From assembly GCA_964646415.1 (NCBI GenBank), contig CAZYEL010000005.1, positions 18,601 through 67,053 of the forward strand: a DNA stretch of 48,453 nucleotides, given 5' to 3'. This document shows positions 1 to 8,458 of this stretch, one piece after another. Position 1 is the stretch's first letter, and each line of letters starts with the position of its first letter. Made by a program: the position numbers and the translations under genes. A model generated the notes under the pieces. That model was given only the letters and a program-made list of their open reading frames with translations. It did no database searches and was not told the DNA's origin. The stretch is from an uncultured Candidatus Saccharibacteria bacterium (GTDB lineage Bacteria; Patescibacteriota; Minisyncoccia; UBA6257; 2-01-FULL-56-20).

Positions 1-97
1 TTCCCAGACGTATGTTCCGCCTTCGTACGGCACGACCAACACTTCCCAGACGTATGTTCCGCCTTCGTACGGCACGACCAACACTTCCCAGACGTAT
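1..97 (+). repeat. 42-bp coding tandem repeat, about 2.3 visible copies
   Basis: TTCCCAGACGTATGTTCCGCCTTCGTACGGCACGACCAACAC at 1-42 and 43-84, partial at 85-97; no spacers between units. Confidence 0.95.
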
Positions 98-298
98 TTG
101 TGCGGAGGAACGGTTTACGGGACGTGTCTCGTGGAAGGACAGGTTTGCCAATACAGTTCTGTGAGGAACAGTTACTCGTGCGTGAGTGGTACTCCGAACT
201 CTAACTCTACGTATAACAGCAGTCAGGCTTCCCAGCTTGGGTCTGTCCTTGAGTCAATGCGTTCGCTTCTCCAACTGTTCCAAGTTCCTGGTCAATAG
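2..298 (+). CDS. 3' part of a Ser/Thr/Tyr-rich repeat protein, probably secreted (5' end outside window)
   Basis: Frame is open from position 2 to TAG at 296-298. It encodes (SQTYVPPSYGTTNT)x2, a 4-Cys segment, then an amphipathic tail QLGSVLESMRSLLQLF. Confidence 0.7.
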   Translation, partial: SQTYVPPSYGTTNTSQTYVPPSYGTTNTSQTYLCGGTVYGTCLVEGQVCQYSSVRNSYSCVSGTPNSNSTYNSSQASQLGSVLESMRSLLQLFQVPGQ

Positions 299-382
299 GC
301 GTGCGGAGTTGGCCCGGTTCCGTACAGGCGCATGGGGAGGTACGCACCTTCCTTTTCGGCACGCGCCGGACGGAGGGTGTTT

Positions 383-482
383 ATCCCGTTAGAAATAATA
401 TCCCGCCGCTTGCAGCGCGGCTTGCCGCCCACGTCAAATCCCCGCAGGGATACGAATGCCCCGCGGGAATTTCTAACGGGAT
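383..482. repeat. 100-bp element bounded by 14-bp inverted repeats
   Basis: ATCCCGTTAGAAAT (383-396) and ATTTCTAACGGGAT (469-482) are exact reverse complements; the element abuts the stop codon at 483. Confidence 0.75.
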
Positions 483-1874
483 TTATATTGAGGAAGCAGC
501 CTCGGTGTTTTTCCCCGGGAAGAGGAGCCTCCCTCCGATATACAGGGATGCAAAAAGATATGAGGCGGTGAGCGGAGAAAGCGGGGTGGGAATCACCATA
601 AGGAACACCGAGAGGAGTATGATGGTGAAACTTGGCAAGAAGAGCGTGAGGAGGGGCAATATCCATAGGAAGTACCACGGCAGCACCCACGGTGTTCCAA
701 AGATGAGAATCGCGAGGAGCGGGAAGGTATAGGCGAGAAGCGGTTTGCTGCGGAAGAGAAACCACGCCATCACGAAAATCCCTATCATAAGACCCATGGT
801 ACGGACGGCGGGCAATTCAAGACCCAGCGTGGTCGCGATTGCCATGGTGGGAAAGAGCGAGGCATCCGTGGTGCCGGGCAGGATGGCGTCGCCTGCGGCG
901 GCGATGCTTGCGGCGATGCCGCCGAACGGGGCGTAGAGAAGCGCGGCAAGCCCGCCTGCGCCAAGCAGTACTCCTCCAAACTGCGCGCATTTCCTGAGCC
1001 ACGGCATATTACTGCGGAAGAGGAGGTAAAAAAGAGGTATGGGAAGAAGGAAAAAGGGCACGTACTTTACGAATCCTCCGAGGAGGAGGATGAGCGCGCT
1101 TGCCGCGTACTTTTCCCGCTTGAAGAAGAGGTAGCTGAAGAGGATGGAAGGAACGACCAAAAAATCGTTGTGCGCGTCCATGAGGAGCAGTTGGAGCATG
1201 GCGGGGTTCCATGCGAGGAGAAGCATAACGGTGTTTCTCTCCCCATCGTTCATGCGGTGGAGCGCCATGATGCGCCAGAGCGCGTATCCCGAGAGGAGGA
1301 GGGAAGCGAGGGCGGCGAGTTTTACCAGGAAGACCGAGGCGGCAAAGGATTGTCCCACATATACCGCTCCCGTGATGAGATAGGTCCACAGGGGTCCGTA
1401 CATCATAGGGAGGTGCGTCCAAGTGAGGTAGGGTGCGAACCACGGGTCGCCCCGGAGCATGTCGGGAGTGGTGAAGTAAGGATTCAAGTGGTGCACCACC
1501 GAACCTTTCGCGAGCAGCATATTCCAGTAGACGTCCTGCGATTTCGTGGGATGCGTCACGACTGCAATCGCGGCGAACACAAAAAAGAAAGCGATGACGA
1601 GCTTGAGGAAAAGCCGGTGAGGAATTTGCCCGGTTCTTTTAAGCAGAATTCCATACCAGAGCAAAAACGACGCGAAGATTGAGGGAAAAAGAAAGTGTGC
1701 GAGGTACCCTGCCCACTCGATTTTTTCCGGCGAGAGTGCGCCGCCGGCTTCCTGAAAATCCATGGGATTCAGGAGGAATCTTTGTGCAAGGAGCGCAGCC
1801 GCGAGCGCAACGCCGGTTCCCACAAGCAGGAACAGTTGCCGCCGCGTTTTGCTTCCCTCGCTTGCCTCGTGCAT
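483..1874 (-). CDS. GT-C membrane glycosyltransferase, MptA/MptB-like polyprenol-phosphomannose-dependent mannosyltransferase
   Basis: Multi-pass hydrophobic protein with SQDVYW...NPY...DPW...MYGPLW and AHND motifs typical of the MptB group; adjacent to a PPM synthase. Confidence 0.7.
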   Translation of the reverse strand: MHEASEGSKTRRQLFLLVGTGVALAAALLAQRFLLNPMDFQEAGGALSPEKIEWAGYLAHFLFPSIFASFLLWYGILLKRTGQIPHRLFLKLVIAFFFVFAAIAVVTHPTKSQDVYWNMLLAKGSVVHHLNPYFTTPDMLRGDPWFAPYLTWTHLPMMYGPLWTYLITGAVYVGQSFAASVFLVKLAALASLLLSGYALWRIMALHRMNDGERNTVMLLLAWNPAMLQLLLMDAHNDFLVVPSILFSYLFFKREKYAASALILLLGGFVKYVPFFLLPIPLFYLLFRSNMPWLRKCAQFGGVLLGAGGLAALLYAPFGGIAASIAAAGDAILPGTTDASLFPTMAIATTLGLELPAVRTMGLMIGIFVMAWFLFRSKPLLAYTFPLLAILIFGTPWVLPWYFLWILPLLTLFLPSFTIILLSVFLMVIPTPLSPLTASYLFASLYIGGRLLFPGKNTEAASSI

Positions 1875-1894
1875 TGGACTATTGTAGCACCACG

Positions 1895-2605
1895 TTACTT
1901 GAGGAATCGCATGCGCCAGGGGGTCAGCAATCCTTCGAGAATCATCATGCCGCCGAACTTCGAAACCCCTCCTTGCCTTTCACTGAAAATAATAGGGACT
2001 TCTGCTGCGGCAGCGCCATACTTGCACGCAAGGAATTTCATCTCGATTTGAAACGCATATCCATTGCTCATTATTCCTTTTTCCACAATCCGTTCCAAAA
2101 TCTCCCGGTGATATGCCACGAACCCGGAAGTCAAATCGGCGATGGGGATTCCGGTGGCCATGCGTGCGTAGATATTGGCACATTTACTCAATAACCGCCT
2201 CCGCATGCTCCAGTTTTCCGTTTTTCCGCCTTTTACATACCGGGATCCCACGACAAGGTCATTTCCTTGCTCCATTACTGCGGAGAGTCGTGCGAGGTCG
2301 TCCGGATTGTGCGAAAAATCGGCATCCATGGTGATAATGCGTGTGATGTGCGGGTCGTTCAGGATTGCCTTGAAGGCGGTAATGTACGCCGAAGCCATGC
2401 CGAGTTTCCCCGGCCGGGAGATGAGAGTGATTCCCTCGTAAGCGTGCGCGAGAGTTTCCACTATTTCCGCAGTGCCGTCGGGTGAATTGTCGTCAACCAC
2501 CGTAATGCGGGTTTTTGGGTGTGATTTTTTTATCGCCCTGATAAGCCGTTCTATGCTTCCTTTTTCGTTGTACGTCGGTATTGCGATGACGCTTTCTTCT
2601 TTCAT
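1895..2605 (-). CDS. Polyprenol monophosphomannose synthase (GT2, Ppm1/DPM1-like)
   Basis: IPTYNE, VVDDNSPDGT, TMDADFSH, GSRY, DLTSGF and GYAFQIE motifs; start placed at ATG 2605 (MKEESVIAIP). Confidence 0.85.
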   Translation of the reverse strand: MKEESVIAIPTYNEKGSIERLIRAIKKSHPKTRITVVDDNSPDGTAEIVETLAHAYEGITLISRPGKLGMASAYITAFKAILNDPHITRIITMDADFSHNPDDLARLSAVMEQGNDLVVGSRYVKGGKTENWSMRRRLLSKCANIYARMATGIPIADLTSGFVAYHREILERIVEKGIMSNGYAFQIEMKFLACKYGAAAAEVPIIFSERQGGVSKFGGMMILEGLLTPWRMRFLK

Positions 2606-2711
2606 GTTCAGGCAAGTGCATAGTATACGCACAGTATAACCAATATGTGAGGAATGCCCATGTGTTGAGCCTTTTTCATGTTCGCGGTATGCTTTTGCCA
2701 TACATACGCCG

Positions 2712-3938
2712 ATGTTGCAGTCCAAACTTTTCACCAAGACCAGCCGCAACGCGCCCAAGGACGAGGAAGCGTTGAACGCACAGCTTCTCGTGCGCGGCGG
2801 GTTTGTGCAGAAACTTATGGCGGGGGTGTACTCATTCCTTCCGCTTGGACTTCGGGTAATTCGGAGGATTGAGACAATTGTGCGTGAAGAAATGGTGGCG
2901 ATTGGTGGAGAAGAACTTGCGTTGCCGGTGTTGCACCCGAAGGCAAATTGGTTCGAGACCGGCCGATGGGAAACGTACGACACGCTGTTCCGCTTCACAA
3001 GCCGTTATTCGAAGAATGAGTATGTGCTTGGCCCCACGCATGAGGAGGTGATCGCGCCGCTTGCAAAACAATTTATTTTTTCCTATCAGGACCTGCCGAA
3101 GTACGTGTTTCAGATTCAGACAAAGCTCCGTGATGAGAAACGGGCGAAGTCGGGCCTTCTCCGCGGGCGCGAATTTTTGATGAAGGACCTTTACTCGTTT
3201 CACCGCGACGACGCCGGCCTTGATGGGTATTACGAGAAAGCAAAAGGAGCGTATGCGCGGGTGTTCGAGCGCGTGGGGCTTGGCGCGGACACCGTGCTTA
3301 CGTTCGCCTCGGGCGGCAGTTTCTCGAAGTATTCGCACGAGTTTCAGACGCTCATCCCCGCGGGAGAAGACACCATTTATCTTTGCGAGAAATGCCGCGT
3401 GGCGGTAAATAAGGAAATTATTGCCGAGCAGCCGACATGTCCTTCGTGCCGTGCGAAGGACCTGCAGGAGTGCACCGGCGCCGAAGTGGGAAATATTTTT
3501 AAACTTAAAACGAAGTATTCCACGCCATTCGGGCTTCAATATAAAGACGAGAAAGGGGCGATGCATGATGTGCTCATGGGTTGTTATGGTATTGGTATTT
3601 CGCGGCTCATGGGGGTGGTGGTGGAGCGGTTCCATGACGAGAAAGGAATCATCTGGCCGGAGTCTATCGCTCCCTTCGCGGCGCATCTTATCGAGTTGAA
3701 TGGCGCGTCCGCGTCGGGAGTCTACGATGCTTTACAGAAGAGAGGCGTAGACATACTCTATGACGAGACTGCGCGCTCGGCGGGCGAGAAGCTCACGGAC
3801 GCCGATTTGCTGGGAATCCCTCTGCGTGCGGTGGTGAGCCCCAAGACGAAGGGAAAAGTAGAGCTCAAAGCGCGCAATGCGGACACCGTGGAGTTGGTTG
3901 ATGAGAAAGAGTTTGTCGCGCGCATGAGTGCGTTATAG
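2712..3938 (+). CDS. proS: Prolyl-tRNA synthetase, short form without INS editing domain
   Basis: LGPTHEE, QTKLRDEKRAKSGLLRGREFLMKDLYSFH, EVGNIFKL, MGCYGIG motifs and an anticodon-binding domain (DADLLGIP). Confidence 0.95.
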   Translation: MLQSKLFTKTSRNAPKDEEALNAQLLVRGGFVQKLMAGVYSFLPLGLRVIRRIETIVREEMVAIGGEELALPVLHPKANWFETGRWETYDTLFRFTSRYSKNEYVLGPTHEEVIAPLAKQFIFSYQDLPKYVFQIQTKLRDEKRAKSGLLRGREFLMKDLYSFHRDDAGLDGYYEKAKGAYARVFERVGLGADTVLTFASGGSFSKYSHEFQTLIPAGEDTIYLCEKCRVAVNKEIIAEQPTCPSCRAKDLQECTGAEVGNIFKLKTKYSTPFGLQYKDEKGAMHDVLMGCYGIGISRLMGVVVERFHDEKGIIWPESIAPFAAHLIELNGASASGVYDALQKRGVDILYDETARSAGEKLTDADLLGIPLRAVVSPKTKGKVELKARNADTVELVDEKEFVARMSAL

Positions 3939-3965
3939 GTTATAAGTCATTTGCTATTCGCCATG
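3933..3965 (+). repeat. Degenerate heptamer array spanning the proS stop and mreB start
   Basis: ttATagG ttATaaG tcATttG ctATtcG ccATG, period 7. Confidence 0.55.
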
Positions 3966-5006
3966 AAAATGTTCGACTATATGTTCAGCGACGCGGGAAT
4001 CGATTTGGGAACTTCCAGTACTCTGGTGTATTTGGGGCGCAAGGGTCTTATGGTGAACGAGCCGTCCGTCGTCTCGGTGAATACAAAGACGAACCAAATT
4101 CTCGCGGTGGGGGAGGAGGCGAAGAAGATGATGGGGAGGACCCCCGCGCACATCAGCGTTATCCGACCGCTTGTGGGCGGCGTGGTTTCGGATTTTGAGA
4201 TGACGCAGGAGATGCTGCGGCAGTTTTTGCGGCGGGCGAGCAGGGCGCCTCTCCTCGGGTTTCGTCATGGTGTAATCGCTATTCCCAATGGCGTGACCGA
4301 GGTGGAGCGGAAATCGGTGGAAGACGCGGCAACGAACGCCGGGTGCAGCAAGGTGTACCTTGTTGAAGCGCCTGTGGCTGCGGCCTTGGGCGCGCGGCTT
4401 CCGATTCTCTCGCCTACCGCGAGTCTTATCGTGGATATTGGCGGGGGAACCACCGATGTCGCAGTTATTTCCATGGGGGGGATTGTGGTGGCGAAGACGC
4501 TCCGGGTAGCGGGTGATAAATTGAATGAGGACATTATCCGTTTTGTGCGCGATGAATTCCGGCTTGCCATCGGTGAGCAGACCGCCGAATACCTGAAAAT
4601 TGCGGCAGGGTCCGCGCTCCCCGTTGAGGGGCGCATTGAGGTGGCAATCCGGGGACGGGATTACACGACCGGACTCCCGCGCGAGGTGAGCGTAAAGAAC
4701 GCTAATGTCCGGCAGGCAACCCAAAAGTCGCTTCGTACGATTGTGGATGCCATTCGAGAAGTGATTGAACTTACGCCGCCGGAGCTTGTGGGTGACATGC
4801 TCGCGCAAGGGATATATCTCTGCGGGGGAGGGGCATTGCTCCGCGGTTTGAACGAGCTTGTGGAGCGGGAAACGGCGGTGAAAACCGCGGTTGCGGAAGA
4901 ACCTCTTACCTGCGTGGTGAGGGGGCTGGGGCAAATCGTGGACGATTTTGAGGGATTCCGGACCTTGCTCGATAATCCCCTGAAGCCGCTGGAAATTAAA
5001 TTGTAG
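3963..5006 (+). CDS. mreB: Rod shape-determining protein MreB
   Basis: GIDLGTS, NEPSVV, IRPLVGGVVSDF, VDIGGGTTD, LCGGGALL; first gene of the mreBCD-pbp2 block. Confidence 0.95.
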   Translation: MKMFDYMFSDAGIDLGTSSTLVYLGRKGLMVNEPSVVSVNTKTNQILAVGEEAKKMMGRTPAHISVIRPLVGGVVSDFEMTQEMLRQFLRRASRAPLLGFRHGVIAIPNGVTEVERKSVEDAATNAGCSKVYLVEAPVAAALGARLPILSPTASLIVDIGGGTTDVAVISMGGIVVAKTLRVAGDKLNEDIIRFVRDEFRLAIGEQTAEYLKIAAGSALPVEGRIEVAIRGRDYTTGLPREVSVKNANVRQATQKSLRTIVDAIREVIELTPPELVGDMLAQGIYLCGGGALLRGLNELVERETAVKTAVAEEPLTCVVRGLGQIVDDFEGFRTLLDNPLKPLEIKL

Positions 5007-5069
5007 GAACATGGAACAAGGAACACGGAACAAGAAAATTGCTTTGTCCCTTGTCGCTTGTCCCTTGTC
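5007..5069 (+). repeat. Paired heptamer arrays (GAACAAG-type x4, then near-complementary CTTGTC-type x4)
   Basis: gaacatg gaacaag gaacacg gaacaag (5007-5034); ctttgtc ccttgtc gcttgtc ccttgtc (5042-5069). Confidence 0.85.
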
Positions 5070-5078
5070 GCTATTGTG

Positions 5079-5756
5079 ATGTCCGAAAAGTATCTCATCG
5101 GTTTCCTGGTGGTAATTGCAGTATTGCTTGCGGCGCTGCAGCCCGGTTTCGGTTTCTGGGCACGTGAGGGAATACAAGGAGGAACCGCCGTCCCTGCGGA
5201 TGAGCTGCGTTCGGAAAACGCCGCGCTCAAGGCGCAGCTCGCACGTCATGAGATTGCGCAGTATCAACTTCCCGATTTTCTCGGGAAGACGACCCTTGTG
5301 GAAGTGCACTCCCGGTATCCGTTCGGCTTGAAAAACGAGCTTCTTGTGAATGCCGGGGAGAAGGACGGAGTGCGTGTGGGACAGCCCGCGCTTTTTCATG
5401 GAATGTTTGTGGGAGTTGTCATGAAAGTATTCGACCATGCGGCGATCATTGAAACGATTTTCGATGTGCGCGCAAAGTATGCGGTGCGCGTGGGGAAAAA
5501 AAGTTTCGATGCATTGCTTGAGGGAGGGAGTGAGCCTCGTCTCACGCTTATCGCGAATAGCGCCGAGATTGAGTCGGGAGCGACAATTTACAGTGCCGCC
5601 CCGTCGGTGCCTTACGGGCTTGCGGTTGGCACGGTGAAAGAAGGACGTGCGGGACGGAGCGGGTTGTTCCAGGAGTCGACCATTGCCATACCGTATAGCA
5701 TTGGGGAAATCAGGGTTCTGGAAATAATGACGGAGCACGTTCCTCCGTCTCTTTGA
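5079..5756 (+). CDS. mreC: Rod shape-determining protein MreC
   Basis: N-terminal TM, coiled coil (LRSENAALKAQL), beta domain with NAGEKDGV and PYGLAVGTV; follows mreB. Confidence 0.85.
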   Translation: MSEKYLIGFLVVIAVLLAALQPGFGFWAREGIQGGTAVPADELRSENAALKAQLARHEIAQYQLPDFLGKTTLVEVHSRYPFGLKNELLVNAGEKDGVRVGQPALFHGMFVGVVMKVFDHAAIIETIFDVRAKYAVRVGKKSFDALLEGGSEPRLTLIANSAEIESGATIYSAAPSVPYGLAVGTVKEGRAGRSGLFQESTIAIPYSIGEIRVLEIMTEHVPPSL

Positions 5757-5763
5757 CGCATAC

Positions 5764-5930
5764 TAGAGCATGTTTCGAAACCCCATATCCTGCATCCTCG
5801 CCGATAGTTTCGGCTGCAAACCGTTTTTCCCTCCTCGTAATAGCCCATGCTATTCCTTGTCGCGAGAAAACGGTTTTCGCTCGGACCTCTCGACAAGGTG
5901 CGACGAAAGAGGGTTTCGAAACATGCTCTA
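5764..5930. mobile_element. 167-bp MITE-like element with perfect 20-bp terminal inverted repeats
   Basis: TAGAGCATGTTTCGAAACCC (5764-5783) and GGGTTTCGAAACATGCTCTA (5911-5930); TA at both extremities, internal hairpins, no transposase. Confidence 0.75.
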
Positions 5931-5933
5931 ACC

Positions 5934-6380
5934 ATGAACCGCACAATGTTTGCCGCAGTGCTTCTTTGCGTGATTGCGTTCCTGCTGCAAATACAGTTTG
6001 GGGGGAACGGGTTCGGTTTTGAAAACGCAGTCCTCGTCACTCTTATTGCGCTCGCGTGCGTGCGTGATGTGCTGCAGATCGTGTTTCTCGGCATCATTGC
6101 CGCATGGTTTTTAAACTGGCAACCGGGTGTGAGTGCGGAAGTCGTGCTTCTTGTGGCGATTCCCGTTGCGGTGAGTTTACTGAAGGGCATATTCCCCGGT
6201 TTGTTCCTGGTGAGTTATTGGGCAGCTGTCGTTCTTGGCGTAGGGTTGTGGTATGTGGCGGCGGATTTTCGCTTGATAGTGGAGACTCCTTCCGCGTTGA
6301 TGAATGAAATTGCGTTGGGTTGTATATGGGCTGCCGCATGTATCGTGCCAATACGTATTCTTGCCCGCGATTCACGCTAG
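5934..6380 (+). CDS. mreD: Probable MreD (multi-pass membrane protein)
   Basis: 148-aa hydrophobic protein between mreC and pbp2; assigned mainly by synteny. Confidence 0.6.
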   Translation: MNRTMFAAVLLCVIAFLLQIQFGGNGFGFENAVLVTLIALACVRDVLQIVFLGIIAAWFLNWQPGVSAEVVLLVAIPVAVSLLKGIFPGLFLVSYWAAVVLGVGLWYVAADFRLIVETPSALMNEIALGCIWAAACIVPIRILARDSR

Positions 6381-6480
6381 TTCATGCAAGCATTGTTGAG
6401 AGCAATTCTCCGCAGCATGTCCCGCGGCAGAATTTCAAGACGTTTGGTGAACTTTGCTTGAAATTTCACTGCGGGGCATA

Positions 6481-8379
6481 ATGGGTTGTATGAGATGGTT
6501 TCCAAGAAAGGATGGCAACGAGGGCGCCCCTGCTTTTGAGGAGGCAGTTGCGGAAGATTGGGCTGAAGGAGCCGAAACGGTGGAAGTACCGCTTGGCAGT
6601 CATCCCCTGATTTATGTGTGGTTTCTTGTATTACTACTGGCCATCGGTTTCGCGGGGCGGGTAGTTTTCTTGAGCATCGGAAAAGGGACGGTGTATGCTG
6701 CGCGCGCCAGGGCGAACCTGGAACAGGTAAAAAAGACCATTCCCCTCCGCGGGATTATCACGGACCGATTTGGCACGGTGCTCGCGGAAAACAAGATTGT
6801 GCCCTATGTGTTTCTGGAAACAGGGAAGTTTTTGAAGCACGAGGAACTGCAGGAACCGACACTCCAGGCGTTGCGCCAGGTTGCGGACATTGCGCCCGAT
6901 GAAGTATGGGGTTGGATTCGCGATGCGGACCCCGACCGTCTCGGCGAGAGAATTCCTATTCCCATAGAGGTGAGCGACAGGATACTGGTGATGCTGAAAG
7001 GATTGAATCTTTCCACGGTCGTTGTCGAGGACGGCGTTGAGCGGGTGTATAAAAAAGGGAAAGCGTTTTCGCAGGTGCTGGGGTATGTGGGGTTTCCCGG
7101 TGCGGCGGATTTGCAGGCGAATCCGTTGATAAGCGCGGATGAGATGGTCGGGAAAGACGGCGTTGAGCGTTCCTATAACAGTTTGCTGCGGGGGGATGCG
7201 GGAATCACCGTGGTGCGGCGGGACGCGCTGGGGAATGTGCTCGATACATCCGAACGGCAAGCGCCCTCCCGCGGCGAGACTTTGCGTCTTACGATTGATG
7301 CGGACCTCCAGACTTATTTTTACGAGCGTCTTGGGGCGGGATTGCGTTCGCTGGGGCGTAAAGTGGGAGTGGGTATTGCGATGAACCCGAAGACCGGAGA
7401 GGTGCTTGCGCTTGTGCAGGAGCCTTCCTATGACAACGGCATTCTCTCGAAGACCGGGCATACGAGCGAGAAAAAGGCAATTTTGACTTCACCCGAGAAG
7501 CCCCTTTTCAACAGGGCGATTTCCGGGGCATATAGTCCCGGTTCCACGATAAAACCGCTTGTGGGAATCGCGGCGCTGAAGGAGGGGGTGATTGACCCCG
7601 AGCGTAAGATTTTTTCCCCGGGGTATCTGGATATTCCAAACCCCTTTGACCCCTCGAAACCCACTCGCTACAAAGACTGGCGGGCTCATGGAAATGTGGA
7701 TTTGGCGGCGGCAATCGCCGTTTCGAGCGACGTCTATTTCTACGAGGTCGGCGGCGGAGCACCGGGTGGTCCGAAAGGATTGGGGATCGAGCGCTTGCGG
7801 GGATGGTGGGAGAAATTCAATCTCGGCACGCTCACCGGCATTGATCTTCCCGGCGAAGTTGAGGGGTTTCTCCCTTCAGTCGAATGGAAAGAGAAGCGCG
7901 AGAAGCGGCCGTGGCTTTTGGGAGACACCTACAACGTTTCGATCGGGCAGGGCGACTTGCTCATAACGCCGATGCAGCTTCTTTTATATCTGAACGCCGT
8001 CGCTACGGGGGGAAAGCTCTTGCGTCCTGTGATTGCGGAGGAAGCGCCGCATCCGGTGGTAGTGAAGGATTTTTCCGACCTTGCACCCGAAATTGCGGAA
8101 GTGGTGAAAGGCATGCGTCAGGCGGTCACCGCACCGAACGCGACGATTTATGCTTTGCATGATTTGCCGTTCACGCTTGCAGCGAAAACCGGAAGCGCCC
8201 AGGTATACAACAACCGCAAGGTAAACGCCTTCTTTGTGGGCTATGCGCCCGTCGAGGACCCGCAGCTTATTGTGCTTGTTCTTGTGGAAGATGCCAAAGA
8301 GGGGGCTTTGAACGCCATCCCCGTGGGCGGGGATGTGCTCAAGTGGTACTATGAGCGTAGGATAGTAGGTAGTAAGTAG
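6481..8379 (+). CDS. mrdA: Penicillin-binding protein 2 (class B transpeptidase)
   Basis: RGIITDRFG dimerisation domain; catalytic STIK (SxxK), SSD (SxD) and KTG motifs. Start may be 6481 or 6490. Confidence 0.92.
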   Translation: MGCMRWFPRKDGNEGAPAFEEAVAEDWAEGAETVEVPLGSHPLIYVWFLVLLLAIGFAGRVVFLSIGKGTVYAARARANLEQVKKTIPLRGIITDRFGTVLAENKIVPYVFLETGKFLKHEELQEPTLQALRQVADIAPDEVWGWIRDADPDRLGERIPIPIEVSDRILVMLKGLNLSTVVVEDGVERVYKKGKAFSQVLGYVGFPGAADLQANPLISADEMVGKDGVERSYNSLLRGDAGITVVRRDALGNVLDTSERQAPSRGETLRLTIDADLQTYFYERLGAGLRSLGRKVGVGIAMNPKTGEVLALVQEPSYDNGILSKTGHTSEKKAILTSPEKPLFNRAISGAYSPGSTIKPLVGIAALKEGVIDPERKIFSPGYLDIPNPFDPSKPTRYKDWRAHGNVDLAAAIAVSSDVYFYEVGGGAPGGPKGLGIERLRGWWEKFNLGTLTGIDLPGEVEGFLPSVEWKEKREKRPWLLGDTYNVSIGQGDLLITPMQLLLYLNAVATGGKLLRPVIAEEAPHPVVVKDFSDLAPEIAEVVKGMRQAVTAPNATIYALHDLPFTLAAKTGSAQVYNNRKVNAFFVGYAPVEDPQLIVLVLVEDAKEGALNAIPVGGDVLKWYYERRIVGSK

Positions 8380-8398
8380 TATGTGGTAGGTAGTAGGG
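8364..8398 (+). repeat. AGTAGGT-type heptamer array containing the pbp2 stop codon
   Basis: agtaggt agtaagt agtatgt ggtaggt agtaggg. Confidence 0.85.
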
Positions 8399-8411
8399 GT
8401 GCGAATGCTTA

Positions 8412-8448
8412 AAGGTTAAACCTTAAGAATTCCCCAAGGTTCAACCTT
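8412..8448. promoter_or_regulatory. Double palindrome AAGGTTNAACCTT (copy A), upstream of paralog 1
   Basis: AAGGTTAAACCTT 8412-8424 and AAGGTTCAACCTT 8436-8448; ATG at 8459. Function inferred only. Confidence 0.6.
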
Positions 8449-8458
8449 GAAGAATCCA

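Noticed and set aside
1-97. CRISPR array
   Set aside because: The 42-bp units are contiguous with no spacers and encode an in-frame peptide repeat; no cas genes.
490-501. SRP RNA (GGAAGCAGCC motif)
   Set aside because: It lacks the preceding TCAGG/CCGGAA and the enclosing helix, and lies inside the GT-C coding sequence.
3954-5738. 594-aa minus-strand ORF and other long antisense ORFs (e.g. 6634-7461, 11305-12240, 39950-40771)
   Set aside because: Shadow frames of well-supported genes with no recognisable motifs.
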